Below are positions 22,509 through 34,589 of a stretch of DNA of 64,000 nucleotides, one piece after another. Under the pieces are notes generated by a model. That model was not told the DNA's origin. It saw only the letters and a list, made by a program, of their open reading frames with translations, and did not search any database. Every line of letters starts with the position of its first letter. Position 1 is the stretch's first letter. A program made the translations under genes and the position numbers. This DNA comes from Lobosporangium transversale (Eukaryota): assembly GCF_002105155.1 (NCBI RefSeq), contig NW_019028997.1, positions 62,001 through 126,000 of the forward strand. The letters are read 5' to 3'.

Positions 22509-23864
22509 AAAAAAGAGAAAAGACTGCATGAGTTGCCTTGGGTGCCTTTGGCTTCTGGATTGAGGAGACAGCCTTTCTACCTTTCTGGTTAATGCTTTAT
22601 TGAGATCATGAAGACAGAATCAACCTACTTTGGAAAAACTAACATTTAACCGTACTATTGAGCAAAATAATACTTCCCAAGCTATAGTCTATGTTTTGCA
22701 CACAGGCTCGTATTAATCAGCAGCGCAGAAGCGGTATCTATTCTCGGGCCTTTATCCTTCCCACTCCCTCATTCTATAATCTTGCATTATCTTATCCCTG
22801 ATATGAGGTGTTTTTCTAAACATGAATCAAGACCTCGCGAACACAAGCATTTAACAGAATAAACAGAATGAACAGATAAACTTCCAAAAGAACAGACGGG
22901 GGTACAATCAAATATAAGGATATACAACATCGTATTATATTATATATATATACAAATTTGCGTACAGATTTGCATACAAATATGTATATATTATATACAT
23001 GTATATATACTTTAATTGCCGCACATCCTCGAGGATGCAACTTCGCCAATTCCCTGTGCAGGGTCTGTAGGACATTTACCGTGCTTTGCTCCACCCGACT
23101 TTTCACAGCGTAACAATGGTAATAAATGTATTACACGTTAAATAGGCTGTATGGCTTCACCTTATATCATATGTCAGATAATATTTTGTTGATACCATCT
23201 CCAAAAAGGTACAAATCATTGTAAGAGTGATAATAGAAGTTGACCTGATTAACTGGATGAGAGTATCAGACTGCAGCCAATTGTAGCATTGATAGGAGGC
23301 GAGTGGCATGCAGACAAGCGTATAGTTGGATAGTTTTGAGATTTATCAAAGATGAACAGTAAAACAGTAATAATTAAGTGGCCCTTTTTATTGAGTCTGT
23401 ACTGAATCGATCATGTTTTGTGGAAGCTATCATAGAGTACCTGTACCTTAGTCATCCTATCCATGAACTATCAACAAAACCAAAATCAAATCGTTTTTAT
23501 TTTATTCATATTCATGCTTATTGACTACACTATTTGTTCCTGTGTTCCTGAACTTTGGCCATTCAAAAATGTAAACAAATATGCATGCACAACTAACAGT
23601 GGATATTGAAACGATAAAAAGAAAGTAATCGGTGCACAGAACATTTGGTATTATCCTCAGCGCATGTCAGGGAAACCGTTCCTCTCTGCCACATTTGCAT
23701 CTACATCGTCCCAGAATGTTGTATAAATATCCATCTATCTGTACATTTTTCTTTTTTCTTTTTTCTTTTTTCTACATCCTCTCCGGCACATTCTTCTCTC
23801 CTCCCTTCCTTCTCTCTTTTACATACACTCCTCTCTCCTCCTTGTGAACACTCACAAAAAAAAA

Positions 23865-25862
23865 ATGCGTTTAACATCTGCTATTTTCACCATTGCTTCG
23901 GCTTTGGTCATGGCATGCTCGCAGGTCGAGGCTGCCCCCGTCGTTGCTGGCTACCTTCTTCTCAACCCCACTAACGGTCCTGCTAAGCTCAAGGCCCTTG
24001 CTGACAACGCCGCCAAATTGCCCATTAACCGTATCTTCCTTTCCTTTGCTCGCCCCGGTATGGTCTACGTCCCAGGTTCCAACACCCTTGAACATGTCGG
24101 CTTGAACTATGCCAACACACCTGACTATGGTTTCGCTGATCTCAAGGATAAAGTTACTAAGCTCCAGGCCGGCGGCGTTGAGGTTTTCCTTTCTGTCGGA
24201 GGATGGAACTATGGATGCTTCCCTGTAAGTTTACTCTTCTCAATTCCCTCCTGTCCATTTGTGTCTCGTTCTTTAAAAACATGATCTATTAACACTCCGA
24301 TCCGCAATCTTTAAAATGAATAGTACGTCTACACCTACTACTCCGTTGGAGGTTATGGAACCAGCACCCCTAACTACTATAAGATCAAGGAGCACGGAGG
24401 AACGCTTGCTGGATGCACTGAAGCCAACATGTGGTGCTACACCTGCGAACCCAAGAGCGAGAATACAGTCTTGGCTGACTTCGACATCTTCCCTGAGCCC
24501 TCAAACTCCTCCACCTGGCAGGAGGCTCAAAAGTATGTCATTGCTCAAGCTGGTGGCGAGGCTCCTGTCTTCCATCCCGAGATGATCCCTGGACACTCCT
24601 GGACTGACCCTATTACTAAGATCACTAACTTGGTCCCCGGTAGCGATTACTTTGTCAAGACTAACCGTGATCCTTACCAGGATCTAGTTTACTTGGGCAA
24701 GGATCTCGGCCTTGCTGGTGTTGATATTGATTACGAAGAGATGTGGCATGCTGATTTCTACAAGAAGGGTGCCTCGACCGGCCCATGGACTTCTCACCAG
24801 ACTGTCTACAAGTACGCTGCTATCATGCGTGATGTCCAGATCAACATCCAGGCCATCCAGCCCTCGATGATGCTCGCCACTGCAGCTTCTGCTGCTGGAG
24901 GGCTTTCAACCAACTGGTGGGGAGGCAACCTTAAGAATATCTGGTACAACGTCAACAAGTGGTACCCCGAGGTCTACAGCTTCATGGCTACCGGCAAGAA
25001 CGGAGGCGGCGTCAACGTCATGACTTACGATTTGTCCAACAACCAAGAATACCACGAATGCCCTGACACTGGTGTCTGCAGCTTGAGCCAACAGGTCAAC
25101 TACTACATGAAGTCATATGCTGATAATGGTATGATCGCTCACGTCGGTTACGAGATCGGTATCCCTGCCTACCCTGCTTCTGATCACGATCCCACTCACC
25201 AGCTGCCCTTGACTCAATCCGAGTTGAGCAGCATCCTTGCTGTCCAGGGCTCCAAGGGAGGTTTCTTCTGGGAGTTGTACAAGAAAGCCGGAAGCACCAA
25301 TAATGTTGATGCTACCAGCGCTGCTCAACAGATTTGCAAGGCTGCTCTTGGCGCCAATACCCCTCGTTGCTCCGGTGTCATCCCTCAGATCGACGGAACT
25401 AGTCCCTCCACTACCACTGCTTCTTCCACTGTTACATCCACCTCTTCTGCCCCCGTCACCTCTACCACCTTGCCTTCGAACACCTGCAGTGTTGCCGCTT
25501 GGTCTGCCACTGCTACCTACAACGCCAACGCTCAGGTGTCATACAATGGTCGCTTGTACACTGCCAAGTGGTGGTCTCAAAACAACATCCCCACTGCTGG
25601 TGGTCCTTGGGTTGACAATGGCCCATGTGGCTCCTCTACTGCTAACCCTACCACCGCTCCTACTGCCACCGCTACCCCTGGTGGGTGCTCTGGTGTTAGC
25701 GCTTTCTCTGCTTCGACTGCCTACACTAGTGGCTCCAAGGTCTCCTACAACGGCTTTGTCTACACTGCCCAGTGGTGGACCCAGGGAGAGACTCCTGGCT
25801 CTTCTGCCGTCTGGGTCAAGGGCGCTGCTTGCTCCGCCACTCTTCGCCGCCGCTTGTACTAA
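23865..25862 (+). CDS. Secreted GH18 chitinase with S/T linker and two C-terminal CBM5/12 (ChtBD3) chitin-binding modules
   Basis: Signal peptide MRLTSAIFTIASALVMACSQVEA; 'FLSVGGW'; catalytic 'GVDIDYEE' (DxDxE); 'NVMTYD'; two 'W/F....Y..(G)..VSYNG..YTA.WW' repeats. One intron at 24225-24323. Confidence 0.93.
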
Positions 25863-26184
25863 TATCCCAACGCTTTATTAGGTGATGATCCTTGTAGTCT
25901 TATTTTTCAACCATAGAGCTGAGCTCATGGGAACAAAGATCTGATTTCTTGGCGCCTTTCATCCCCTCCCCCCACCTCAGACTGAGGATATCATTAAATG
26001 TATCCATATAAACGTAGTATAAACACATATGGCTGTGCCAAATGCAGTTTTTTTTTTTTTTTTGTAGAATGATTTGCAATAAAAAAAAAATATTATAAAA
26101 TAAAATAAAAACAAACAGATATGCAATTGTGTATAAAGAAAAGAAACCAAGTTCTATATTTTCTAGAGCTTAGAATTGAATGGT

Positions 26185-26218
<34 letters not shown>

Positions 26219-26231
26219 GTAATTTTATTCT

Positions 26232-27607
26232 TTAAAGTTTTGCCATAGTCCTGGCTTCATCTCTAAGGGTCTGCAGATTCTTTAGGGAACGCTCAATACA
26301 CTTAGCCGTTTTGTTGGCGCATCCAATACTGGCCTGGTATCCAAATCCAGCATGACCATAATTGTGTGCTACTACAAGAACAGAGGGGTTCCAGCCTTCG
26401 TTCCAGTCCAATTGCTCGGCCGTTGCAGAGACTCGGACGCCACCGCGTCGATTGGGTCGGAGGCCAACACAGTTTCGTAAAACCGTTGCCTTGGAGAACA
26501 GATCAGGTCTGCAGTCCTGAACGCGTTGCATGATTGCTTTCGCTGTTTTCTCTGATGGAGCTTCTTGGCTAAAGCACGGATAATCAAATAATGAAAAAGA
26601 GAAAAAAAAAAAAAAAAAAAAAAAAAAAACTATTCAGAACTGGAGACAAAAACTTGTGTATAACGATTTTCCTTTTTTTTTTTTTTTTGTTTTTTCCTTT
26701 TTAAGTAGGTACAACTTACTAGTCCCAATGATCCGTTGTGCCGCCCAAGATAATCTCACCATTATCTCTGGGGATAACATAGGTGACAGTGCCAACACCA
26801 AAGGCACTGCCTTCTGCATATCGTTCCATTGTGAATTGCTTTGCTTTCGGCCAAATTTCATCTGGGACCTTGACAATTAAGATTTGCCCACGAGTGGGGA
26901 ACATTTGGTGATCATTCACGCCCTGTAAGTTACGGCTTCCTAGGCCCGAACAATTAACAATAATATCGGCCTTGGGGTGTTTATCGCTGTGTGGGACCTG
27001 AGCTAGAGCTCTGAGACTCTGTACAGTGCCATGCTCAATGATACCACCTCGAGCGAGGATCTGGTCTTGCAGATAGCGTAAATACTTGGGCGTATTAATG
27101 GAGACTATTGGTTTTCCAAATAATAGCAGTAACGATAATAGCAACAGCAACAATTAGTCAGTGTATCGAAACTAGACTTGAGACGCAATAAGAATGTGGC
27201 GATAATCACATCAATCGCCATATGCTGACCTGTGGTGTACGTAGTCCCAAAATCAACACCAGATGGAAGTTCTTCCTTTGGAATGTGTCGATACTAAAAC
27301 GAAGCAAGGGAAAAAAAAAAAAATCAAGGCGGATGAGGATTATATTCTATTCTTCCATAACATGCGATTGAAAGTGAAGGCGAATTACTGTATACATTTT
27401 TAAGAAAACGACTGAACCATGGCTCTTCAAAGTTTTTGGGTTTGACATCCCAATAATCGTGTCCAGTCAAAAACATGATACCGGCCTTGGGCTCGGTTTC
27501 TGCTAGATGCTCAAATCTCTTGTACGTGGCTTCTTCAAGCTCTAAAATGTTTATCATTTCCCTCCTCCGAGAAATGTAATTCGTGAGTTTTTTTTTACCT
27601 TGTTCAG

Positions 27608-27665
<58 letters not shown>

Positions 27666-27764
27666 TTGTTGCTCAAGATCCGCAATGTCAGCAAAAGATC
27701 TCCAATGTGCTCCAGCCCTTTCCACAACACAGGATTTAGCCAACAAAGGTGAGAAAGATTTTTA

Positions 27765-27807
<43 letters not shown>

Positions 27808-28016
27808 TAAAAAAAAAAATAAAAAGCACATTAGTTTGACAATGAACATTATTACCAAGGAGATGTATAATCGATATGGAGGTCGGAAGGTAGATGTGTA
27901 GCAATGATCTTGACGCTGTAGTTTCCTTTTTCAAGAAGGGCAAGTCCTGTGGAGAGACCGGAGACACCTGCTCCGAGAATATTAACTGCATAGGTTTTAT
28001 TATCTGAAGAAGACAT
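26232..28016 (-). CDS. DAO: D-amino-acid/D-aspartate oxidase (FAD-dependent), multi-exon, peroxisomal
   Basis: 'ILGAGVSGLSTG' Rossmann motif, 'YTSPW|AGAHW', 'IIVNCSGLGS', 'PTRGQ', 'YVIPR', 'VGLRP' and 'HNYGHAGFGYQAS'; C-terminal AKL (PTS1). Confidence 0.93.
27610..27663. repeat. (ATT)n microsatellite in a DAO intron
   Basis: Visible trinucleotide run. Confidence 0.9.
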
Positions 28017-29801
28017 TGTAAAGATAGTGAAGACACAAGTCGAGACGAGAGCGTGGGAAGAGAGAATGGGAAAATGAGTCAGAAGAGGAAGGGAGAAGAG
28101 AGGAAAGAAAGGAAGAGAGCAAGCTCTCTCTCTGAAAAAGGACAGAGAATGAGACCAAACGGCCTCTTTTTGATAGTTTTTCCCATTTGTCTTGTACGCA
28201 GATGAATACGAAGACTCATTGGCCCCCTTGGCCCAGAACAATCCCGAAAGATATCATTGTCTTTTCGATGCACCTAATGCATACCCCACTCAAACAATCT
28301 TGACCTTTTTCATGTTCAATGCCTTGTCAAAAAGGTTTTTGTAGCTCCATACTTCACAAAGTATGAATCCTTGCACACACTTCATTTGCTTTAATCATAT
28401 TTCGAACTGCCTCCATTGACTCCTCAAACATCTCCAACCCTATAAGCAATGACCCTTGACATGACTCCAATAATGCTAATTCATGCTTGATTAGAAAAGC
28501 TGATAATAATAATAAAATGAAGCTCCTAATGGGTCTTCATTAGACACTGTGGGAATAAATTTGTCGCACGCGGCAACGGTTCTAGGTAAGTTTTTCTTGT
28601 GAACAAAATACATGTTACATGTACTTTGCATTTTGTAAATGTGTCAAAACCTTCCCGTGACCAAGCTCAGACATTGCCTTTTGATTTGTTCATAGCACAT
28701 TGCTTGAGTCCTGAAAACCAAACTTTCCTTTAGATTCTGAGCAAGCCAAAGCAGCCACGGCTCAAGGTAAAACGGCCGCTCCATCAATTCAAAGGGCAAA
28801 GGTCATCGTTTTGGGCAGACTCGCAATGAAATTTGTGTGGGCTTGACACTTTTTCGGCTCTGGGTGGAGTCAAGCCTACATTTTAGATTGGGAAAGAGAG
28901 AAATAAAAAAAAAAGGCTTTATGATTGTATTACATTTTGGAATGTCTATAAACTGTACAACTCCAAGAGCTCTTCCTTAACTCTGCCAGTTTTCTTGTCA
29001 AACCTTTCTACTAACCTTTACTGACTGTCTGCATACTTCATCTTCGTTTCAATCCTGGCCTCATCCCTCAGACGGTCCTGCGCTTCCTTGGCCTACGAAT
29101 CCACAAGCTTTTGCTAGACCAACGACTTTCTGTGGCAGTTCATCGTTCCTGTCCTGTCGACCTTCCACTGAGAGGTGATGGTTTGACTCTCAGAGAGATT
29201 CTTCAACAGCGATCTCTGCCTGTTGCTTCTGGATCATGGCAACGTACTTTTGAGCATACCGCACCAACTTCATTGGACTCGTCTTTACAGTAAACACATC
29301 ATGATCAAAAAGCTCGAGTTTTTTTTTTTTTTTCCTAAAAAAAAAAAAAAAAAAAGCACTCATTCAAGAGCAGCGGTTTAACTTAAAAAGCTTAAGTGAT
29401 AGTAGCCGAATTCGGTATCATGGAGTCTGTAAGCTTTGACAACTTTGAACAAAAGTCTTTGACCAAGCCCTTGTACCTGAAAGACCTAATGATTCGACTA
29501 TTCAAGTTCATGAGTGAAACAAAAATCTGGGCTTGGTGCACCAGTGAACTCTTCTTCATTGACGAAAACCAATGGATGTTACGTCAGATCTTCCAAGAAA
29601 GCTTGGTTCTCATCATTTGATGTCTTCAACGATCCCCTCACCATATTGAACGATAAAAAAAAAAAAAAAAATAAAAAGTAGAGAGTGCATCGGAGAATTG
29701 GACTTTAATATCCCTATGAGCTGAAGTGGACGTCGTTTTGAAAAATGAATTCTTTATTTGTCATTGATTAATGAATCATCATGTAATTTCTTGCACTGCT
29801 G

Positions 29802-31553
29802 TTAATCACGCTTCTCCTTCTTAACCCAGTCCATCATAAAATTGGATGTTGCCAGTACGACCTCATCAACTATCCGCCCTGTCTGTGTCTTGAATTCTTC
29901 AAATTGTGGACCCATCGCCTTAACGCGCTCCTGAAGACGCTCGCCTAAGCTTCCAGATAGAACAACAACTCTAGCGCCGACCTGGCTGAGCATAATCTGT
30001 AAAACTTCAGCGGCCCTAATAAAACCATCCCATACGGGTCCCATTGTTGCTGCCACTATGGGCATAGCCTTCAAGATCGCATCCGTCAATGCCTTGGTAT
30101 GAGTAATAGTTGCCATGGCTGCATGAACCAACACTGGCTGGATAGTTGTCACCCATATCTTCACAGTTGGTGCGCCAATCCTCTCGTGAAGCCACGCCAT
30201 GACAGGTTGTGTATAAGTAGTCAATGTCATGGAAATCCAGTATACAGTACGCCATAGAGTTGCGATCACCACAACAAACTTGTCTACCACCCATGCAACT
30301 ATAGGACGGGCCACTTCGAGTGCTGTCATCAAATCATTGTAAGCATTGGGCACTATATCTACCGCAAAAACACTAATACCATGCCAGATCATCTGAAGGG
30401 CAAGAGTCGTATAGTTGTAGGTAGTCTTCACTACCTGTGTCAAGACGGTTTCTAAAAGAATCAGCCAGTTAACACTTTCCAGCCTTTCCAGGGCGTCCCC
30501 AAGCTTTGTTTTGACTGTCAAGAGCAATGCGTGGATTCCCGCCAAAAGTGTTGGATGGGATCGAAGAATTCGGAATCCATCTTGTGCGACCTGGCCTATT
30601 GGCAAAAGAAAGCGACTGTAGATGTGGAATGCAAGCCATGGCAAGAATTGTGCCAAACCTTGAACGACCAATTCTCCCATTGTATAAAACTTTGTACCCA
30701 GAGGCTTGAGTGTCCGTTCCCACAACCAGGTCCCAATTTTGACCAATGCCCAGCCGAGGTCCTGTGCATCTTTAGCCAGTTCGTGGAGATATATCTTTGC
30801 AGTCTGTAAAAAAGTCACCCAAAGGATTGATAGACGGGACCAGAGCGCCTGCAATGGATTATAGACACACTCAATGGCGAACCACTCGAGTGCAGACCGA
30901 GTGGGCTCTAGAATAGTTTGTACCCATCCAAAGGCTTTGACTGCAGCTACTCCAGCTACTTCTAGACACGAGGCAGTCATTCGCACAAGTCCTGGAAAAA
31001 TAGTTTTCTCCAACGCGATCCCAATTGCTGCGACGACTGGGGACTTCTGGATGATTACCACTGCGATCTGAATGGGAGCGAGTACCTTTGTCTTGAAAAA
31101 CTCTGGTCCAGAGTTCACGGACCAATGTGCTGCATGCTCAATGGCGACCATTAAGTGGACACCTGACTGTTCTACAGCAAAGATCGAGTGTAGAACGAAC
31201 CACCGGAGGCCATCCCAAATAGCCTTGAGAACCAAGTAGATGACGGCAAAGGGTAGATAGGGGATCCACCTCACAGAGAATTTGTCTGATAATGATTTTA
31301 CAAGATGTTCTGATGGAAGAGGTGAGTCGTTTTCAGCTGGTTTTATCGTAGGATCTGAAATGGAGGATGATTTGCTGCTGGTTTGCTCTGTGTTTGCTTC
31401 CGCTGCAATTTCAGGCTTTGGATCTTCAAGCTTGGTGTGAGGAAGCTGTCTACGAGCCTTCCATTGCGGGTAGTCACGAGCAAAATAGAGAAAGAGGGCG
31501 AAGGCAGCAATGACAAGTGTACGGGAGAAGAATTTACTATCTGGTTCGTCCAT
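29802..31553 (-). CDS. Intronless 583-aa hypothetical membrane or amphipathic-helix protein
   Basis: Long uninterrupted ORF with an N-terminal hydrophobic segment and extensive Trp/Leu/Val-rich helical sequence; no family recognised. Confidence 0.8.
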   Translation of the reverse strand: MDEPDSKFFSRTLVIAAFALFLYFARDYPQWKARRQLPHTKLEDPKPEIAAEANTEQTSSKSSSISDPTIKPAENDSPLPSEHLVKSLSDKFSVRWIPYLPFAVIYLVLKAIWDGLRWFVLHSIFAVEQSGVHLMVAIEHAAHWSVNSGPEFFKTKVLAPIQIAVVIIQKSPVVAAIGIALEKTIFPGLVRMTASCLEVAGVAAVKAFGWVQTILEPTRSALEWFAIECVYNPLQALWSRLSILWVTFLQTAKIYLHELAKDAQDLGWALVKIGTWLWERTLKPLGTKFYTMGELVVQGLAQFLPWLAFHIYSRFLLPIGQVAQDGFRILRSHPTLLAGIHALLLTVKTKLGDALERLESVNWLILLETVLTQVVKTTYNYTTLALQMIWHGISVFAVDIVPNAYNDLMTALEVARPIVAWVVDKFVVVIATLWRTVYWISMTLTTYTQPVMAWLHERIGAPTVKIWVTTIQPVLVHAAMATITHTKALTDAILKAMPIVAATMGPVWDGFIRAAEVLQIMLSQVGARVVVLSGSLGERLQERVKAMGPQFEEFKTQTGRIVDEVVLATSNFMMDWVKKEKRD

Positions 31554-32522
31554 AGTCTTTTGGTTGTGTATTTGTGTGTGCCTTATTTTTAAGAAGTTGT
31601 TTCGGAGTAAGACGTTTGATCGTAATTTGAATGAACGGATGAATGCGAAAGAAAAGGAATGCTTTATTATTATTGTTGTTTAGAGATGCATGTAGAAAAA
31701 AGGATGGAAGAATGGAAGAATGGAAGAATGGAAGAATAGAATGTAGGAAGAAGAAACTAAGTGAGCAAATAAGGTATTAAATTATGCCAAGACTCTTTGA
31801 AAATTAGGTCTTGGCTCGAGCGACAATCTTGTGCATGTGCTTGTAAAGGAAATAACGCTCCACAGATCTAAGCAAACATCAGTGTGGGAGGGGGAGGGGC
31901 GCCGATCCGAGAAGCCCAGTGCACACACTGTCATCATGACAGGAAGCACATGCAGCTTCGTAGCTTCGTATTAAACAGGTCATTGACTGTATTAACTGTA
32001 GAGTCTTATTGTTGGTTTCCAGAGCTGGAATAATGATTTTCTTCACTAATTCCCATTACAACAAAGCTCTCTCTCCCTATAGAATATTCAAGCTCGTCGC
32101 GTCAGCAGTAGTTCGCTAATGATTATAATCCCAGGTTGCTGCTCTCCGAGAGCGAACGTGGAAACTTTTTACTGTGATCTACTTTGACTATTCATGATAC
32201 TTGAAGGTTATAAACTCCACTTGGCATGTGGAGCTATGGGTGTTTTTACTTTCTCATGCACCAATGACTCTCAGCATAAAGTAACTTGTCCTTGGCGAAA
32301 GTATTTGCTTCCGATAGAATATGGTGCTCTTTTTTTTATTATTGTTATTATATATTTATTATTATTCGTAGTAATATGTATAAACGCAGACAAACATCCG
32401 AGTAACTCTATTTGTTCATGAAGGGGCTCTGAACGGGGGGAGGGTGAAATTAACGGAAGAATCCTGGAGATCTGTATTAACGTTTTACATGAACATCCAA
32501 TAGCAACCAAAGCAAAGCATCA

Positions 32523-33741
32523 TTAAACGTGTGAGTGCGCCTCAGACTCCTCATGCTGTGTTGCCAGTCGTGGCTTGAACTTGGGTGCAGGAGCAGGGTA
32601 GATATTATAAATGATGATTCCGAGACAAATCAGGACATAGGCGATAGGGTAGAGCTCATTGATCTTTGCTGAGAAGAGGAAGAGACCAAAGAGAAGGCCA
32701 TAGAAATCGCTTGTCAACAAGCTCAGGTTGAAGAACGTAGCGGAGCTGAGACGGAGCAGAATGGGTGAGACCGAATAGAGGAGAAACATGGCAATGTCAA
32801 AACCAATGATGTAGCCGATGATCGGACCTGTCCAAGTAATGCTTTTCAGTTCATGCCTCTCGAGAATCGCCAACTGAATACCATTGATGATCGTAGCCCA
32901 GAATCCGAGTTGACCAACGACCTCATACATGGGTCGCTGACGAACCAAGTACTCCTGCCCAACGTTGGAGAAAGCATAAAAGGTGGCTCCAACGAGGCAG
33001 AAAAGATCTCCTTTGATATAATCAGTGCCAGGATAATCCTTGCCTGCCCTCATGTCAGACCAGATGAGGAAAGCCATGCCGACCAAACAGACGAAGACAC
33101 CCAAATAATGCCAGCGGACAAAACGCATCTTTAGGAAAAAGACGGACAATAACACGACACAAGGAATTGTCCATGCGTCGAGGAGCATGGCTGAGAGAAG
33201 CGAGGTATAACTGTACGCCTTGACAATGAAGTAGTTGCCTTCGACATCAATCAGTGCAAACAAGATATCTAATTGTATTAAGAGTAGAAACAGTTAGGGA
33301 AAAAGAAAAAAAAAAAGAAAAAAGAAAAAATAAAAAGAATGGGTATTACTTACAATAGAGCGACCTGCGTCGGATAATTTCCCACCATCCCGAAAATCCC
33401 ACCTTGAAGAGGGTGATGGTGGTATACACGACACCAAGGACAAGGTAGTTTAGGAAGGACTGCGTAGTGGGGATGGAGATATTGTTGGTCTGCGCCAGTT
33501 CAGTGGTCAGGATCGTCGTTGCAGTGATACACAAGGCCAAGAATTGACCCAAGAGTACGATTGTCAGGACACGACGAGTGAACAAGGTGGCCAAACGCTC
33601 CCTCCATGTAGCAGGAGTCGCTACTGGTGACGGCTGAGCATATGTGGACTCGTCATCTACTTGGTACTGATCGAGCTCTGCTTTATCTTCTGATAATGCC
33701 AGGTTGTTGTTGTTGCTGTTTTGGTTGTAATTGTCAGCCAT
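32523..33741 (-). CDS. SLC35F: SLC35F1/F2-family (DUF914) EamA-type transporter, 2 exons
   Basis: 'LLGQFLALCIT', 'PTTQSFLNY', 'DVEGNYFIVKAYSYTSLLSAMLLDAW', 'GDLFCLVGATFYAFSNVGQE' and 'SSATFFNLSLLTSDFY'. Intron ~33270-33352. Confidence 0.9.
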
Positions 33742-34589
33742 GTCTGTAGTCAATAATTCTTCTGATTTGTTTTGTTCTGCGTTGTATATTTTTTTTTATA
33801 AGGGAAGAATGTATGAATCGTCTTTTAGGTATGGAAGGGGTGAAAAGACGGAAAGCGGCCCGCTGATCCAAGATGTGGAATCAATCTTCCTTTTATACAT
33901 TCATTCCATCTGATTCTGCCCTTCCTTGGTGACAACTTTTTATTATTATGCTCTTTTGTTATAATATCTCCGCATCATTTTTTTTTTTTTTTTTTTTTTT
34001 TTTTGAGAGCGGAGTAGATGGGGTTTGTTTATTTATTGACATGTCATCAGTACGGTACACAGCCATGTCCTTTCTACTGAATCCGGAGTAATTAAAGTTA
34101 CTCGTCAAAACAGATGAATATCACTAAACATGCACCGATGAAAAAAAAAAAAAAAAAAAAAAAAAGACAAAGACAAAGGAAGGGTCTAGTCAAGTACAGA
34201 TATATATATATATAATACTATAATACATGTTTTATACAAATAGCGCCCGTATTAGATCTAAAGTAAAAAGGATATGATGTGGCATTCAGAAGGAGTTTCA
34301 CGGACATTCTTGCGGAATGCTAAAAGCTTCTTGCCCAATCCAAATGATAAGAATCCTTCACGCACGTGTGTGAAAAAATGCTTCGCCCTTGTCTTGTCTT
34401 TCACATTTTTGAACACTCAAACCAAGCAGTCACCATTTTTCATTTATACATTGAGTGATGCGCTGTGTGAGCCACGCAAGCGCACGTTAAATGTTCGAGG
34501 GGATGGGGGAATAATATTCGATAAACTCAAGTCTTTTTTTTTTGTCATTGCTAATTCACGGCATTCAACATTGATCAACAACTCGAGAC

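Noticed and set aside
20600..23800. ncRNA, riboswitch or snoRNA in the long intergenic region
   Set aside because: No convincing snRNA, TPP riboswitch, C/D box pair or hammerhead core found by eye; an Infernal/Rfam scan would be needed.
25237..25881. 214-aa overlapping ORF in the chitinase, and similar shadow ORFs in other genes
   Set aside because: An alternate-frame artefact of strong codon bias.
28960..29640. Possible decayed coding fragments on the minus strand between DAO and the orphan gene
   Set aside because: Coding-like composition but multiple stops and no recognisable motif; no call can be supported.
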